Notes under the pieces: generated by a model
Database searches by the model: none
The model's input: only the letters and a program-made list of their open reading frames with translations
What the model was told of the DNA's origin: nothing
Origin: Eledone cirrhosa
Lineage: Eukaryota
Reading direction: 5' to 3'
NCBI GenBank assembly: GCA_964016885.1
Contig: OZ024745.1
Span: 73,966,001 to 74,030,000, forward strand
DNA length: 64,000 bases
Program-made: the position numbers and the translations under genes
Part shown: in pieces, positions 41,764 to 56,500 of the stretch
How positions within the stretch are numbered: position 1 is the stretch's first letter
Layout: each line of letters opens with the position of its first letter

Positions 41764-41936
41764 ATATTTATATATATATTTATATATATATATATATACA
41801 TATAAATATATTTATATATTTATATATATATTTATATATATATTTATATATATATTTATATATATATATATATATATAAATACATATATATATTCATATA
41901 AATATATATATATTCATATAAATATATATATATTCT

Positions 41937-42571
41937 TATAAAGAAAAAGAGATGAAATCGAAAATGCAACTGGACTCTTATTTTTTTTTTTTTAAATATA
42001 TATATTTATTTGGTTCCTTTACCTGTTTCGCAGTTCTTCTGCTTTTCAAAAGGTGAGTTGAGATGGAGGGTTTGTGGTTTTTCTCACATCTCGTTGGTCT
42101 CTGAATGTTACTTGTTTTATATGGAAAAAGTGGCTCGAAATGCCAGGTTTTTCGAGAAGTAATTTGATTGGTTTGTCAATAATTATAATAAATTTCGCGC
42201 TAGTTCGCGTTACAATAGTTCTTCAAATAAGAGGGGGGGGGGGGGGGTTGTCACAGGTTGTTTTTCATATATGAGTGTTTGAATTTCTTTTTACTTGAAA
42301 CAAGGAGGCTCACGAAGGCTTTTTTTTGGTTGGCTATAAATGAAATTATGGCTGTCACGTGAACAAATTTTCATTAAATTTTTGTGCCCTTATTTGGAAA
42401 TCCATTCTGTAGCCTTTTTAGAGAATTTTTTGATAAGTAAAAGATAATGGTCAAGAGAAAGGGATGGGAGAATTGTTCTGGTTCAGTGAATATGGTTTGT
42501 TCGCTGGGGTGTCAGAATTCAGATTTTCTATTGAATAAAGAAAGTAAAGATATGTGTGTTTGTTTGTGTGC

Positions 42572-42642
<71 letters not shown>

Positions 42643-43335
42643 AATTTCTTTACTTAAAAAAAAGGTGGCTCACGAAATCACGTTTATTAAAAAAAAGCCT
42701 TCGTGAGCCACCTTTTTTTAAAGTAAAGAAATTCAAACACACACACACACGCACACACACACACAAGCACACAAATAAACACACATATCTTTACTTTCTT
42801 TATTCAATAGAAAATCTGAATTCTGACACCCCAGCGAACTAACCATATTCACTGAACCAGAACAATTCTCCCATCCCTTTCTCTTGACCATTATCTTTTA
42901 CTTATCAAAAAATTCTCTAAAAAGGCTACAGAATGGATTTCCAAATAAGGGCACAAAAATTTAATGAAAATTTGTTCACGTGACAGCCATAATTTCATTT
43001 ATAACCAACCAAAAAAAAGCCTTCGTGAGCCTCCTTTTTTCAAGTAAAAAGAAATTCAAACACTCATATATGAAAAAACAACCTGTGATAACTCCCCCCC
43101 TTTTATTTGAAGAACTATTGTAACGCGAACTAGCGCGAAATTTATTATAATTATTGTCAAACCAATCAAATTACTTCTCGAAAAACCTGGCATTTCGAGC
43201 CACTTTTTCCATATAAAACAAGTAACATTCAGAGAACAACGAGATGTGAGAAAAACCACAGACCCTCCATCTCAACTCACCTTTTGAAAAGCAGAAGAAC
43301 TGCGAAACCGGTAAAGGAACCAAATAAATATATAT

Positions 43336-43366
<31 letters not shown>

Positions 43367-43410
43367 TGAAACTCCAGTTGCATTTTCGATTTCATCTCTT
43401 TTTCTTTATA
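41937..43410. mobile_element. Foldback cassette, ~730 bp arms, ~24 bp spacer, with an HHR near each outer end
   Basis: Arms 41937-42675 and 42700-43410 are reverse complements with few substitutions and different (TG)n and poly-G/T lengths. Confidence 0.92.
43280..43317 (+). ncRNA. Minimal type-I hammerhead with U3-A8 core variant (mirror copy 42016-42053 minus)
   Basis: CCTT-TTGAAAA-GCAG-aagaa-CTGC-GAAA-CCGG-TA-AAGG: stems I and II pair and the stem III region is palindromic. Confidence 0.7.
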
Positions 43411-43500
43411 CTTTCACTCGTGTAGGACACCTCGGTTATTTTTCATTTTGTAAAAAAAACCTCACTTTCTAATATATTCTTATATATATATATATTTATA

Positions 43501-43552
<52 letters not shown>

Positions 43553-43685
43553 ATATATAAATATATATATATATTTATATATATATATATATATAAATAT
43601 ATATATATATTTATATATATATATATATATATATAAATATATATATATTCATATATATATATATATATATTCATATATATATATA

Positions 43686-43723
<38 letters not shown>

Positions 43724-43764
43724 TATATATATATATATTCATATATATATATATATACATATAG

Positions 43765-43812
<48 letters not shown>

Positions 43813-43814
43813 TC

Positions 43815-43880
<66 letters not shown>

Positions 43881-43994
43881 TCATATATATATATACATAT
43901 ATATATATATAAATATATATTCATATATATATATATATACATATATATATATTCATATATATATACACATATATATATATATAAATATATATTC

Positions 43995-44056
<62 letters not shown>

Positions 44057-44154
44057 TCATATATATATATACATATATATTCATATATATATATATATAC
44101 ATATGTATATATATATACATATATATATATATATACATATGTATATATATATAC

Positions 44155-44237
<83 letters not shown>

Positions 44238-44344
44238 TATATACATATATATATATACATATATATATATATACATATATATATACATATATATATATAC
44301 ATATATATATATACATATATATGTATACATATATATATATACAA

Positions 44345-44378
<34 letters not shown>

Positions 44379-44398
44379 TCATATATATATATATACAA

Positions 44399-44484
<86 letters not shown>

Positions 44485-44500
44485 TCATATATATATATAC

Positions 44501-44567
<67 letters not shown>

Positions 44568-44582
44568 CATATATATATATTC

Positions 44583-44673
<91 letters not shown>

Positions 44674-44680
44674 ACATATA

Positions 44681-44757
<77 letters not shown>

Positions 44758-44809
44758 TCATACATATATATATATATATATATTCATATATATATATATA
44801 TATATATTC

Positions 44810-44853
<44 letters not shown>

Positions 44854-45346
44854 TGATATATATATATATATATATATATATTGATATATATATATATATA
44901 TATTATTGATATATATATATATATATATATATTGATATATATATATATATATTCATATATATATATATATATTCATATATATATATATATTCATATATAT
45001 ATATATATTCATATATATATATATTCATATATATATATATATTCATATATATATATATATATTCATATATATAATATATATTCATATATATTCATATATA
45101 TATATTCATATATATATATATTCATATATATATATATATATTCATATATATATATATATATTCATATATATATATATATATATTCATATATATTCATATA
45201 TATATATATATATTCATATATATATATATATTCATATATATATATATATATTTTCATATATATATATATATATTCATATATATATATATATATTCATATA
45301 TATTCATATATATATATATATATTCATATATATATATATATATATA

Positions 45347-45464
<118 letters not shown>

Positions 45465-46130
45465 TATATATATATACATATATTCATATATATATATTCA
45501 TATATATATATATTCATATATATATATTCATATATATATATTCATATATATATATATATATTCTTATATATATATATATATTCTTATATATATATATATA
45601 TATATATATTCTTATATATATATATATATTCTTATATATATATATATATTCATATATATATATATATAATATATATAAGATCAAAAGATGGTTAAAAGAG
45701 TTCCATGTATTTTAGTATGCGCATTTCAAAAACAAATATCATCATGCAATAACATTTGTGTTTTCATCAGATAAAATAGGAAGACATGATATGAAGGTTA
45801 AAAACACTTGTGGATAGTGCAGTTTTAAATCAACATATGAAAAGTAGTTTAAGATTGATGTGTGATATTGGGGAAAATTTTGGAGGTTGGAAAGGATGAA
45901 AAAGAGGAGGAGATGAGAGTAAAAAGTGGAGGGGGGGGGGGAGTATAATGAGGAAGGATGAGATAGGAGGAGAGATGGGTGATAGAGAGAGAGAGATAGC
46001 TTTTATAACTGAGAAAAATATATTGTTTTACATAGAGAGGTTGAAAAACCGTTGGAAGATAATGTATAAATTAAAAGAATTTGAAAATTAACGAAGACAA
46101 AAATAATGTAAAGTTTAGGTTTGTATATTA

Positions 46131-46300
46131 AAGGGTTTAATAATATGTGCGATGAAAAGAAATTGTTAATATGTATTAAGAATAATATTTAAGGGTTTAA
46201 TAATATGTGCGATGGAAAGAAAATGTTGATATGTATTAAGAATAATATTTAAGGGTTTAATAATATGTCCGATGGAAAGAAAATGTTGATATGTATTATT
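46131..46300. repeat. 60-bp tandem repeat inside the pLTR (mirror at ~47300-47527 has one extra unit)
   Basis: AAGGGTTTAATAATATGTGCGATG.AAAGAAA.TGTT.ATATGTATTAAGAATAATATTT at a period of 60. Confidence 0.9.
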
Positions 46301-47876
46301 AAAAAAAACAAAAGTAATGTAAGTAAGGATATATTGTAAGATGAGCATGAATAAGTTAGATGAAAGTGAGAAAAAAATAATGAATAGAGGATGAATAATC
46401 AAACGTCAAAAAAATGTTTATGTTTACGAAGGATTTTTTCAAGGTGATATAAAGTAAGAACATATTGTATTGTGTAATAATTGTTTCTATGTTAGGCACA
46501 GTGAGAAAAGGTACAGATTAGGGGTTAGAAATTAAAAGAAAAAGAAAAGAAAAGGAAAAGGAAGAAACGGAAGTGATAAATAGGAGTGATATAGAATGAG
46601 TAACAAGTATTATATAATGTATAATAAATAACTTTGAAATAAGGTAGAAAGATGGGTATATTTTTAAAGAAGTATATATAAATATATACATGTGCCTTTG
46701 CGAAAAGGATTCTGAATTGATAAAGTTTAGGATATTAGCTGTATACTTTATGGAAAGTTCTGTGGAATTTATGCAAGCAGAGAGAAAACAAGTCAGTGCG
46801 TCTATTTATTATAGAATTTAAATTAGATATAATGGTAAATTTTTCATTTAGACAGAGATTGCAAGTCTTGGATAGAGAATTGTTCAAGTATGTAGAAGCA
46901 GAAGAAAACTTTTTCCAGAAGAAACCTTATATATACTTCTTTAAAAATATACCCATCTTTCTACCTTATTTCAAAGTTATTTATTATACATTATATAATA
47001 CTTGTTACTCATTCTATATCACTCCTATTTATCACTTCCTTTTCTTCCTTTTCCTTTTCTTTTCTTTTTATTTTAATTTCTAACCCCTAATCTGTACCAT
47101 TTCTCACTGTGCCTAACATAGAAACAATTATTACACAATACAATATATTCTTACTTTATATCACCTTGAAAAAATCCTTCGTAAACATAAACATTTTTTT
47201 TGACGTTAGATTATTCATTATTTTTTCTCACTTTCATTTAACTTATTCATGCTCATCTCACAATATATCCTTACTTACATTACTTCTGTTTTTTTTTAAT
47301 AATACATATCAACATTTTCTTTCCATCGGACATATTATTAAACCCTTAAATATTATTCTTAATACATATTAACAATTTCTTTTCATCGCACATATTATTA
47401 AACCCTTAAATATTATTCTTAATACATATTAACATTTTCATTCCATCGCACATATTATTAAACCCTTAAATATTATTCTTAATACATATTAACAATTTCT
47501 TTTCATCGCACAAATTATTAAACCCTTCAATATACAAACCTTAACTTTACATTATTTTTCTCTTCGTTAATTTTCAAATTCTTTTAATTTATACATTAAC
47601 TTCCAACGGTTTTTCAACCTCTCTATGTAAAACAATATATTTTTCTCAGTTATAAAAGCTATCTCTCTCTCTATTACCCATCTCTCCTCCTATCTCATCC
47701 TTCCTCATTATACTCCCCCCTCCACTTTTTACTCTCATCTCCTCCTCTTTTTCACCCCCCCCCCCTTCAACAAATTTGTTTCCCCAATATCACACATCAA
47801 TCTTAAACTACTTTTCATATGTTGATTTAAAACTGCAGTATCCACAAGTGTTTTTAACCTTCATATCATGTCTTCC

Positions 47877-47947
47877 TATTTTATCTGATGAAAACACAAA
47901 TGTTATTGCATGATGATATTTGTTTTTGAAATGCGCATAATAAAATA
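47877..47947 (+). ncRNA. Type-I hammerhead ribozyme, canonical core (mirror copy 45708-45778 minus)
   Basis: TATTTTAT-CTGATGA-[AAACACAAATGTTATT..ATGATATTTGTTTTT]-GAAA-TGCGCA-TA-ATAAAATA: 8-bp stem I, long stem II, palindromic stem III. Confidence 0.88.
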
Positions 47948-48112
47948 CATGGAACTCTTTTAACCATCTTTTGATTTTATATATTATGTATACTCCAGTC
48001 CTACAAACTGTAGAGTGCTTCCTATCCGATATCTGCATTGCTTTATTGTACTACAATAAAACTCACCTCCTACATATATATATATTTATATATTCATATA
48101 TATATATATATA

Positions 48113-48204
<92 letters not shown>

Positions 48205-48486
48205 TATATATATATTCATATATATATATTCATATATATATATTTATATATATATATTCATATATATATATATATATATATTCATATATATAAATATTCA
48301 TATATATATATATATTCATATATATATATATATATTCATATATATATATATATATTCATATATATATATATATATATTCATATATATATATTTATATATT
48401 TATATATATATTTATATATTTATATATATATTTATATATTTATATATATATTTATATATATATATTTATATATATTTATATATATA

Positions 48487-48535
<49 letters not shown>

Positions 48536-48548
48536 TTATATATATATT

Positions 48549-48579
<31 letters not shown>

Positions 48580-48596
48580 ATATATATTTATATATT

Positions 48597-48657
<61 letters not shown>

Positions 48658-48818
48658 ATTTATATATATATATATTTATATATATATATATTTATATATA
48701 TATGTATATTTATATATATGTATATTTATATATATATATATTTATATATATATTTATATATATACATATATATATATTTATATATATATATTTATATATA
48801 TATTTATATATATATATT

Positions 48819-48851
<33 letters not shown>

Positions 48852-48858
48852 ATATATT

Positions 48859-49006
<148 letters not shown>

Positions 49007-49072
49007 TATATATATATATATATTTATATATTTTTATATATATATATATACATATATTTATATATATACATA

Positions 49073-49109
<37 letters not shown>

Positions 49110-49676
49110 GTATATATTTATATATATATACATATTTATATTTGTATATAGTTTTATACGTATATATATATATATATATATATACCTATATATGTTTATA
49201 TGTATATATATATATATATATATTTATATGTTTATATGTATATATATATATATTTATACGTATATATTTATATGTATATATTTATATATATATAAATATA
49301 TATTTATATGTATATAATATATATATGTATACGCATCGTTCTATACATTTCTACTCATATCATTCTAAGTATTTGCAGGTTTTATAAAATATAAAAAATT
49401 GTATAATGAATACTGAGTCTCTAGACTTAAATAGTTGATGTACATGATGGACACTCATCTATTCTCTTATTACAACCTCATCGGATCTTTTCAAAGGATA
49501 TGAAGATAATTTCAATGAGTTTATAAGTTATTTCAATATTAACGCACACATTACAGAAAACAATTTCTAAGAGTACTAAGTAACGAAGTGAATTGAATAA
49601 GAAGCAACGTTACAATTATCAGACGATCTACACATCTAGCAATCTAGGCAGACGATAATTTCTGCTGTCATGGCGC

Positions 49677-50326
49677 CTAGAGGTACTTGGGCCTTAACTT
49701 CATTTCAACTTTCTTTGCCGAATAATATTCAGATTCCTTCATTGTAAACCAAACAATGCCATCAGGGAAACTTGAGCCTCGGTTAGTGTACCACCCTTTA
49801 TGGTAGACTCCATTGAGATTACTGGAAAAGCATCCGTTGAACCACCAGCCGGATTTCATTTCAGCGGCGCAGTGTTCACGGTGGAGATCATTGTCTGCAT
49901 CTTCTGTGCTAAATGCCATGCCGTTATGATAGCTCAAGGAATCTCCTGCATCACCTTGGTATGCACTAATAGTGAGTTTGTATTTATCCCATTCTGATCC
50001 TACTTCAAAGAACTCGTATTCGGCAAAACGACGGGTTCCCTGCCAGTCCCAGAGATCAATACGTAGTATGTATTGTTTTTGCGAAGTCATTAAGTGTAGG
50101 AAATCGTTTCCTTGCCAGAACTCACCATAAGGGTTGCCAAATCCATAACGATATTCCAACCAGCCACGAGTGAAATTAGTGAGGCCTTCTAGTCGACGTT
50201 GGACGACAATCCAGCCAGTTCCATTTATCATCTCACAGTACACATGATCTAACTGCTGGGCATTCTTTGGTTGGATTTGGTACAATCCGCTCAGGTACTG
50301 ACCACTAGTATAGATGTCATGGCAAT
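49677..50326 (-). CDS. Terminal exon of a fibrinogen-related domain (FReD; angiopoietin-like) protein
   Basis: Motifs DC..IY..G...SGLYQI.P, VYCEM, GWIVVQRR, F.RGW.EY..GFG..GEFW.GN, HNGMAFST.D.DND, GWWFNGC.SSNLNG. Acceptor TTCTTTCAG at 50327-50328; phase 1 matches the upstream donor. Confidence 0.95.
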
Positions 50327-50799
50327 CTGAAAGAATGAAAGGACAGAATATTAATTTTAAACGAAAACTAATAGAGACTGGGTTATTCCATGCATTGTCT
50401 TCAAAAGTCGTTTTCATAACCCTAATATCTATATTAGAAATAAGCTGTGAATTAATCGACAAAAAACATTTTAATACTTTCACATAAATCTCAAGTGTCT
50501 GCTGCTTTATTAAATTAAGTACCTTTTATTTGAGATTTAATTAATATTACAAAACCTAGAATTATTAAAAACATATTATTGATTTAAGAAGAACACAAAA
50601 CAGTTTAACTGTAAAATAATCTGAGAATGAGTTTTTATATATGAAACGCTTAGCGTATAGTTCTTTGATCTTAGTAAGTAATATTTTAATTTTATTTCTT
50701 CCTACATGTATAATACGTGCTTCTATATTTTACAGAAAGTTTATTTATTTGTTATATATAATAATTTGACTTTACAAACGAATTTAAAGAAGTGGTAGT

Positions 50800-53260
50800 C
50801 CACGTCCAATGCAGGCCCTGCTGGTGGCTGACTTGACCAATATGGAATAGACATGTCCAAGCTCACCGGCTGCAAAAGAAATTCTATATCATAGTTTTTC
50901 TTCAACTTTTTCCTTTAAAGTCAGTCTTCTATGCATTCTCGAAGAAGGAAGCAGACTGGTGAATGTTATGACGGCCAGGTCTCGCGATGAGTGGTTACAG
51001 TAGACAACTGTCACATGTCAATATGATACGTCCAAAGAGAGAAGCTTCGAAACTCTTTTTTAATGCCCATCTATTACACACAATGGTGTTCCTTCAATCT
51101 GGAAATACGTTATATCTTGTACAGCTGCGTCATTACATTAGGGCCATAGTGCTGTTGCCATCCTACAGTTGAAAGGTCTCAATGTTAATGATGAAATCCT
51201 TTCAGTAGATATTTATAGGATGGAAGCAGCGGTTCCGCCCTATCAATATTTACTGGAATGATTTCATAATTAAATTTGAAGCCAGTTGATATTGATAGGG
51301 TGGAAGCAGCAGTTTTGAACTTGTCATTATAATGCCGTGGGTTCGATTCTTGGGCTGGGTTGTGCGTTGTGCTCTTGAGCAAAACACTTCATTTCTTATT
51401 GCTCCAGTATACTCAGCTGAAAATGAGTGCCAGCAATAGTTGGGAGTTTCACCCTGCAATGAACTAGCGTCCTGTCCAGGGGTAGTCTTGTATATTCAGT
51501 CGCTTCGCGTCACGAAATCGGGATAAACACCAGCCTGATGAGCCCCCTGGCTTGAGACAGACATTAGACTTTGACATTAGACCAGGAAGCAGTGGTAGTG
51601 TTATATGAAGTAACGACAGATAAGTCAGGACTATTATCAGTACCTGAGTAGTTCAGTATATTGGCTCTGTACACGATGATGTGTATCTCTACCCTCATAT
51701 GCTTGTTAATCTTCATCCTTTCACACGGCCTGTCGAATACTTTTCAAACTTTTTCCCGACCTCGCTAACTGACAAGATGGTATTTTCCAGATAGCTGAAC
51801 TGGTGGACTAAAGGAAATCATTTTTTTTTTTTTTTTCTTTTTTTTTCCCCAATGTGATTTCCACTCCGAAGAGTTCAACAGCTTCTGCGAAACTATATGT
51901 TACACGTGGATAGATTGATTTTGTGTAGGTAATAAGGGTAGCATCGTCGGTGAAGAGTAGCTTCATGATGAATTACTTCAATGTTTTCATGTGAGACTGA
52001 TGTCGCTTCAGGCTGGACTGGCTGTGAACCGTGCTGTTTGGGTGGTAGACACTAACTTCATCAAGATCTTCTGTGGTCTTTTCGAATATTATGCTGAGGG
52101 ACGGGAAGAAATTCAGTGTGAGGATGTAGCTTTTCTTCTTACTGTTTTCTATTAGAAAGGGTTAAATACCTATGTTGAGGATTCTTTTGATGGGAGGGGG
52201 AAGCGACACATTGGTTCTATGATTTGTTACAGGTCTATCCAGCTCACATTGCAAAACTTGACAAACATCACACCCAGTTCCTTGTTCTGCTCCGTATATT
52301 TCCTCTGAGGAAAAACACTATGCCCGAGGGCAAATTCCCATTTCATTGATGCTCTCAGTAACATAGAAACTACTCTGCGTCTCTGGTCACTTTCTTGGGT
52401 AATGGTGGACACCAGTCTGTTCAGTTGTACTTTGTGAGAATTTTTTCTGCGATGAAGAGCAGTATGATTTTTCACTCGTTCTTGGATAGGTTTATGACTA
52501 CTTTACTGAGTTCCTGTGGTAGATGGTTTTGTTTTCAGTAGCAGACAAAGAAATCGTGGAGTTTAGTCGGCGCAATTGGAATTCAATTCCTTCAAATTTC
52601 TGCAAAAAATCAACTTCTGCTGCTTTCCTTCTTCTCAGCTGTTCTATGACTTTTACAGTTTCTTCTAAGGATAGGATTCCATTCATTTTTTCTAACGTTG
52701 TGTGTTACGATAATTAGACGAACAAAGGATTATTCAGGTAGCACTGAAAATAATCTGAAAATGTTCCGACCACCGGAAAAACGCAAGGTTATCTTAATAC
52801 GTTGCAAAGTATCATAAACTGCCTTCTGAACCCCGTAAAACTCTCAGTTGCCTGTTTTGCGCTAAAATGAAATCTGCCCTTGAAGTTGAAGAATACAATA
52901 TTAGAACAAGACAAGAGAGTAAGAAATGACAGGTGATCAGTTCATTTCTCATTCACGCTAACCTGGATTTCCTGATTATTTTGATCGAATAAAGCCCTGT
53001 TCCTCCGGATGGAAAAATCTACGATTTCCCCAAAGTCTGGTTTGATTCTCTGTAGAGGCTGCAGGCCATATTTTCCGTCTATACAGACATTTTACTAGAT
53101 TTTCTAAAGCTGTGTTCATGGCTACTTCCTGGGTTCGAGATGTTCTACATTTCTAAAATATTTTAGATATATTCAAACTTTGCTACATTTTCATTTTGGC
53201 TTCATGTCTCGGTAGAATTGACTGACTTAAATTCCGCCATTTCTTCGGAACTGATTAAAT
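50800..53260 (-). mobile_element. Heavily decayed intronic LINE (RTE-like) interrupted by a SINE
   Basis: Fragments such as SLEETVKVIEQLRRRKAAEVD (pre-RT K.AG.D region); many stops and frameshifts. Confidence 0.55.
51335..51572 (+). mobile_element. tRNA-derived SINE
   Basis: B-box GGTTCGATTC, core TGCTCTTGAGCAAAACACTTCATTTC, tail shared with 5955-6270. Confidence 0.8.
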
Positions 53261-55334
53261 GATGCACTAGAGTCGATTACATGGATTATACACACATTTC
53301 AAATAATACCTCTGAATTATTTAACAGTGGCTATTTTGAGGCCTTAGTAATATCTTAGAGTTTCAACTCAGCTTGACTTTCTATTTATACCTACACTATC
53401 TGGGAATGATATAAACATCGCAACTTCTGATATATGCCAAAACAATTTTTATTTAGTATTCGGCACGACATTTTGACAAATATAGAAACCTTAGTTTATT
53501 ATGCTTTTTATTTATTTTCCAACATTTCCCACATTTTCAATAATACTTTATTTGTATTTGAAATCTGAAATACGATTATAATTGTATTATTGCATTCGTT
53601 ATTACGAGATATTCGTTAGTAGTGTTTACAATGAAACTATTAAGTTTATAGTGTGGGGATACATATCAATGAGGTGTGTAATTGAGCCATCATACTTGCT
53701 GTGTTAGAGCTCTCAATAGATAAGATTTGGATCATGGAAAAAAATTGTGTATATTTAATGTTATTTATCCTTAATAATTTGAAAAATAGCCGAGTATATA
53801 AGGTTTACACCTTGAGGCTTATGTGTAACGTTTTGATTCTATTCATTTAGTTTTTTCCTCTAAATTGGATTATGTCATCGAGCTTCAGTTTACCTACTTG
53901 TGAGGGATCGATACTGGATATTGTAATAATATTATAGCAATATTTTAGCCTATCATATATATTGTGAAAGCAAATCACGTTGAGGTCGACGTTGCCTTTT
54001 GTCATTCTAGGGTAGAAAAATAACTACTAATAGAGTATCAGATTAATCTAATTAACTACTTCCATCCTACAAATTTGCGGCATAGAGCTATGATAAAAAT
54101 CAATATTCAAACTTAAGCTTATGCAGTTTCGATAGAAATATCACCTTTATGATCCTTTAAGAATAGTGGAGACATTCATCATCATATTCTTAAACACTTA
54201 TTGGGTAATTTGAAGATATCGAATTTTACAATACAACTGCAGTTTCACTTTAGTTAGACTAGTTTATGAATAAAATTTAGTAATGATAAGTCATTTCTAT
54301 TTCATGGCAATAACTTAAAGATGTAGTGGTATGTTGGCAGGCCGAGGTAGAAAAGACACTGATACTTATACATGGGATTTTTGCAGTGCCAGTGAACATG
54401 CAAAATCAATACCACCAATGAGGTGAGGTTTATATCATACCCAACTTTTATGTATGTATGTATGTATGTATGTATGTATGTATGTATGTATGTATGTATG
54501 TATGTATGTATGTATGTATGTATGTATGTCGGGTCACTCTTGAGTGCTACTGGTAAGATGTAACCCAGTACAACCTGTCGCATGATCGGATCGTCGGCGA
54601 CTAGACCGGCAACCCCACCAAGTTTGCTTGGTGAGGAGGGTCATTTTGGACACCCTGCAGGACAAAAAACAATACCTGACAAAGGGCGGAAGAACTCATA
54701 AGAGTCAACGGGCATCAAAAAGTGTGTAAATATGTATACACAAATGTACATATGTATGTATATGTGTATATACATGGGTGCATGTGTATGTATATGCGCG
54801 GGGACATAGAAATGGTCGGGCTGTACAACCGATCGCGTGGTTAAACCACTGGGAGTGAAGGCCCCTAGCCTTTGTCAGGGAATTCTGCTAGGAGAAGGCA
54901 ACCCGGGAAACTGAGATAACTCCGATATAAAACCTGTTGAAGTTTCTTCTTTTCGGGTTATAGCTACTGTCGCTCAGAGAGTGGGATTGGCTCAGTGCAC
55001 AGTCTTTTCTCACTTTAAAAAATATCTTCATCCACAGGCATTGCAAGATAGAATTAATTAATCATTATTATTAATGGTATATCGTGCAATGGCCATACTC
55101 GATAGCGAGGGACAACCACCATGTATGTATGTATTTATGTATGTATGTATGTGTGTCTGTATGTGAGTGTGCTGAGAAATGACCTGAGAATGAATAATCA
55201 ATAACGAAGCAATATTCCTTATCTTAACTAAATTGTGAGTCTTGCTACTCTGGAGTTTCACCTTAAAATATCAGGGTTGTCCGACTCACCACTTAACCAA
55301 CATAAAGAACATATATATATATATATATATATAT

Positions 55335-55411
<77 letters not shown>

Positions 55412-55462
55412 GGTAATATCCGTAGTGGTAGAGCACTCAGACCATAGGACGAGTTTGGTAGA

Positions 55463-56500
55463 AGTAGTAACACAACAGTTAGTTCACCATACCGAGAACA
55501 ATTGTTTCACCTTGGTGGATCTTCAGCTCGTACTGGTCATGGTTATACGGAACAGGAAGAACAACAGTATGAACGCACATGCGGAGAAACGGTCACTTCC
55601 CCCAAGTAATTCAAAGCCACGGGCGAAATTGTGTAAGGGAGATAACTGCGAAAGTCCGGAAAGGTATTCGAGTTGATTAGAAAATTAGAATGTTGTTATT
55701 CAATCCGGAACTTTATAGTTATGCAAGAGGTGTTTCCAGACATGTGGACAACGTGAGAAGATTTCATTTCTTGATTTTAGGCAATCGCTATTGCGTAATC
55801 CCCTTAGAATATTTATCCTTTCTTCAATACACAGTCCACAAGACGGATTGCCTCTTGCTTATGGCTTGGACTTAGTGATGGCTTTCCCTGAATGGAGTAG
55901 TCTATACCTGAGTCCTTGAGGGACCATACGTGGCTGGCGAGTTTCGTGGATGATCGTTTGTCTGGGTTACCTAAAGGTCGACTGATGGTTCCTTAAATCG
56001 GCCCACCTCCATACCTACATAGGATTTGATCTCCTGTGGTTGATTTGATCGGTTGGAAGTGACCACAGTTTCATAAACTACAGCGGGTGTGTTGCATTGT
56101 TGTTGAAGGGGACAAGCTTCAAGCTTTCGGCAAGAGCATCCTGGTGGGGTACCGCTCTTAGGACTGTTGGTGATGTTGGCCTTCATATTCTTAGCGCAGG
56201 AGTACCCTAGTTTTACTGTGTCCGTTAAAGATGGAGCGCTATTTGTGGCCTATAGGAAAGCGTCTATCTAAGAGGGCTAAAACACTTTTCGTACATTCGT
56301 TTTAACGTTGAGTGAGAAGGGAGGAGGGAATAGACAAACTATCTGGTTCTTAGCCCTCTTAGATAGACACTTTCCCATAGGATGCTCTTGCTTCATACTG
56401 TTGTTCTTCCTGTTCCGTATAACCATGACCAGTACGAGCTGAAGATCCGCTAAGGTGAAACAACTGTTCTCGGTATGGTGAACTAACTGTTGTGTTACTA

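Larger units (their letters stand above)
45677..47980. mobile_element. 5'-truncated Penelope-like (Neptune-type) element with ~1 kb inverted pLTR copies
   Basis: Arms ~45677-46682 and ~46927-47980. The spacer on the minus strand encodes SKTCNLCLNEKFTII..INRRTDLFSLCLHK (C-terminus of a Neptune-type GIY-YIG ORF). HHR in both arms. Confidence 0.88.

Noticed and set aside
46131-47527. 60-bp periodic repeats as a CRISPR-like array
   Set aside because: Contiguous tandem units with no unique spacers, no cas genes, and a eukaryotic context.
50327-50483. N-terminal extension of the 268-aa FReD ORF
   Set aside because: It lies upstream of a clear splice acceptor; fibrinogen similarity begins at DC and joins in phase to the 57043 donor.
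51530-51560. CTGATGAGCC..GGC in the SINE tail as a hammerhead
   Set aside because: No GAAA after the stem and no stem I/III; it is an ordinary SINE 3' sequence.
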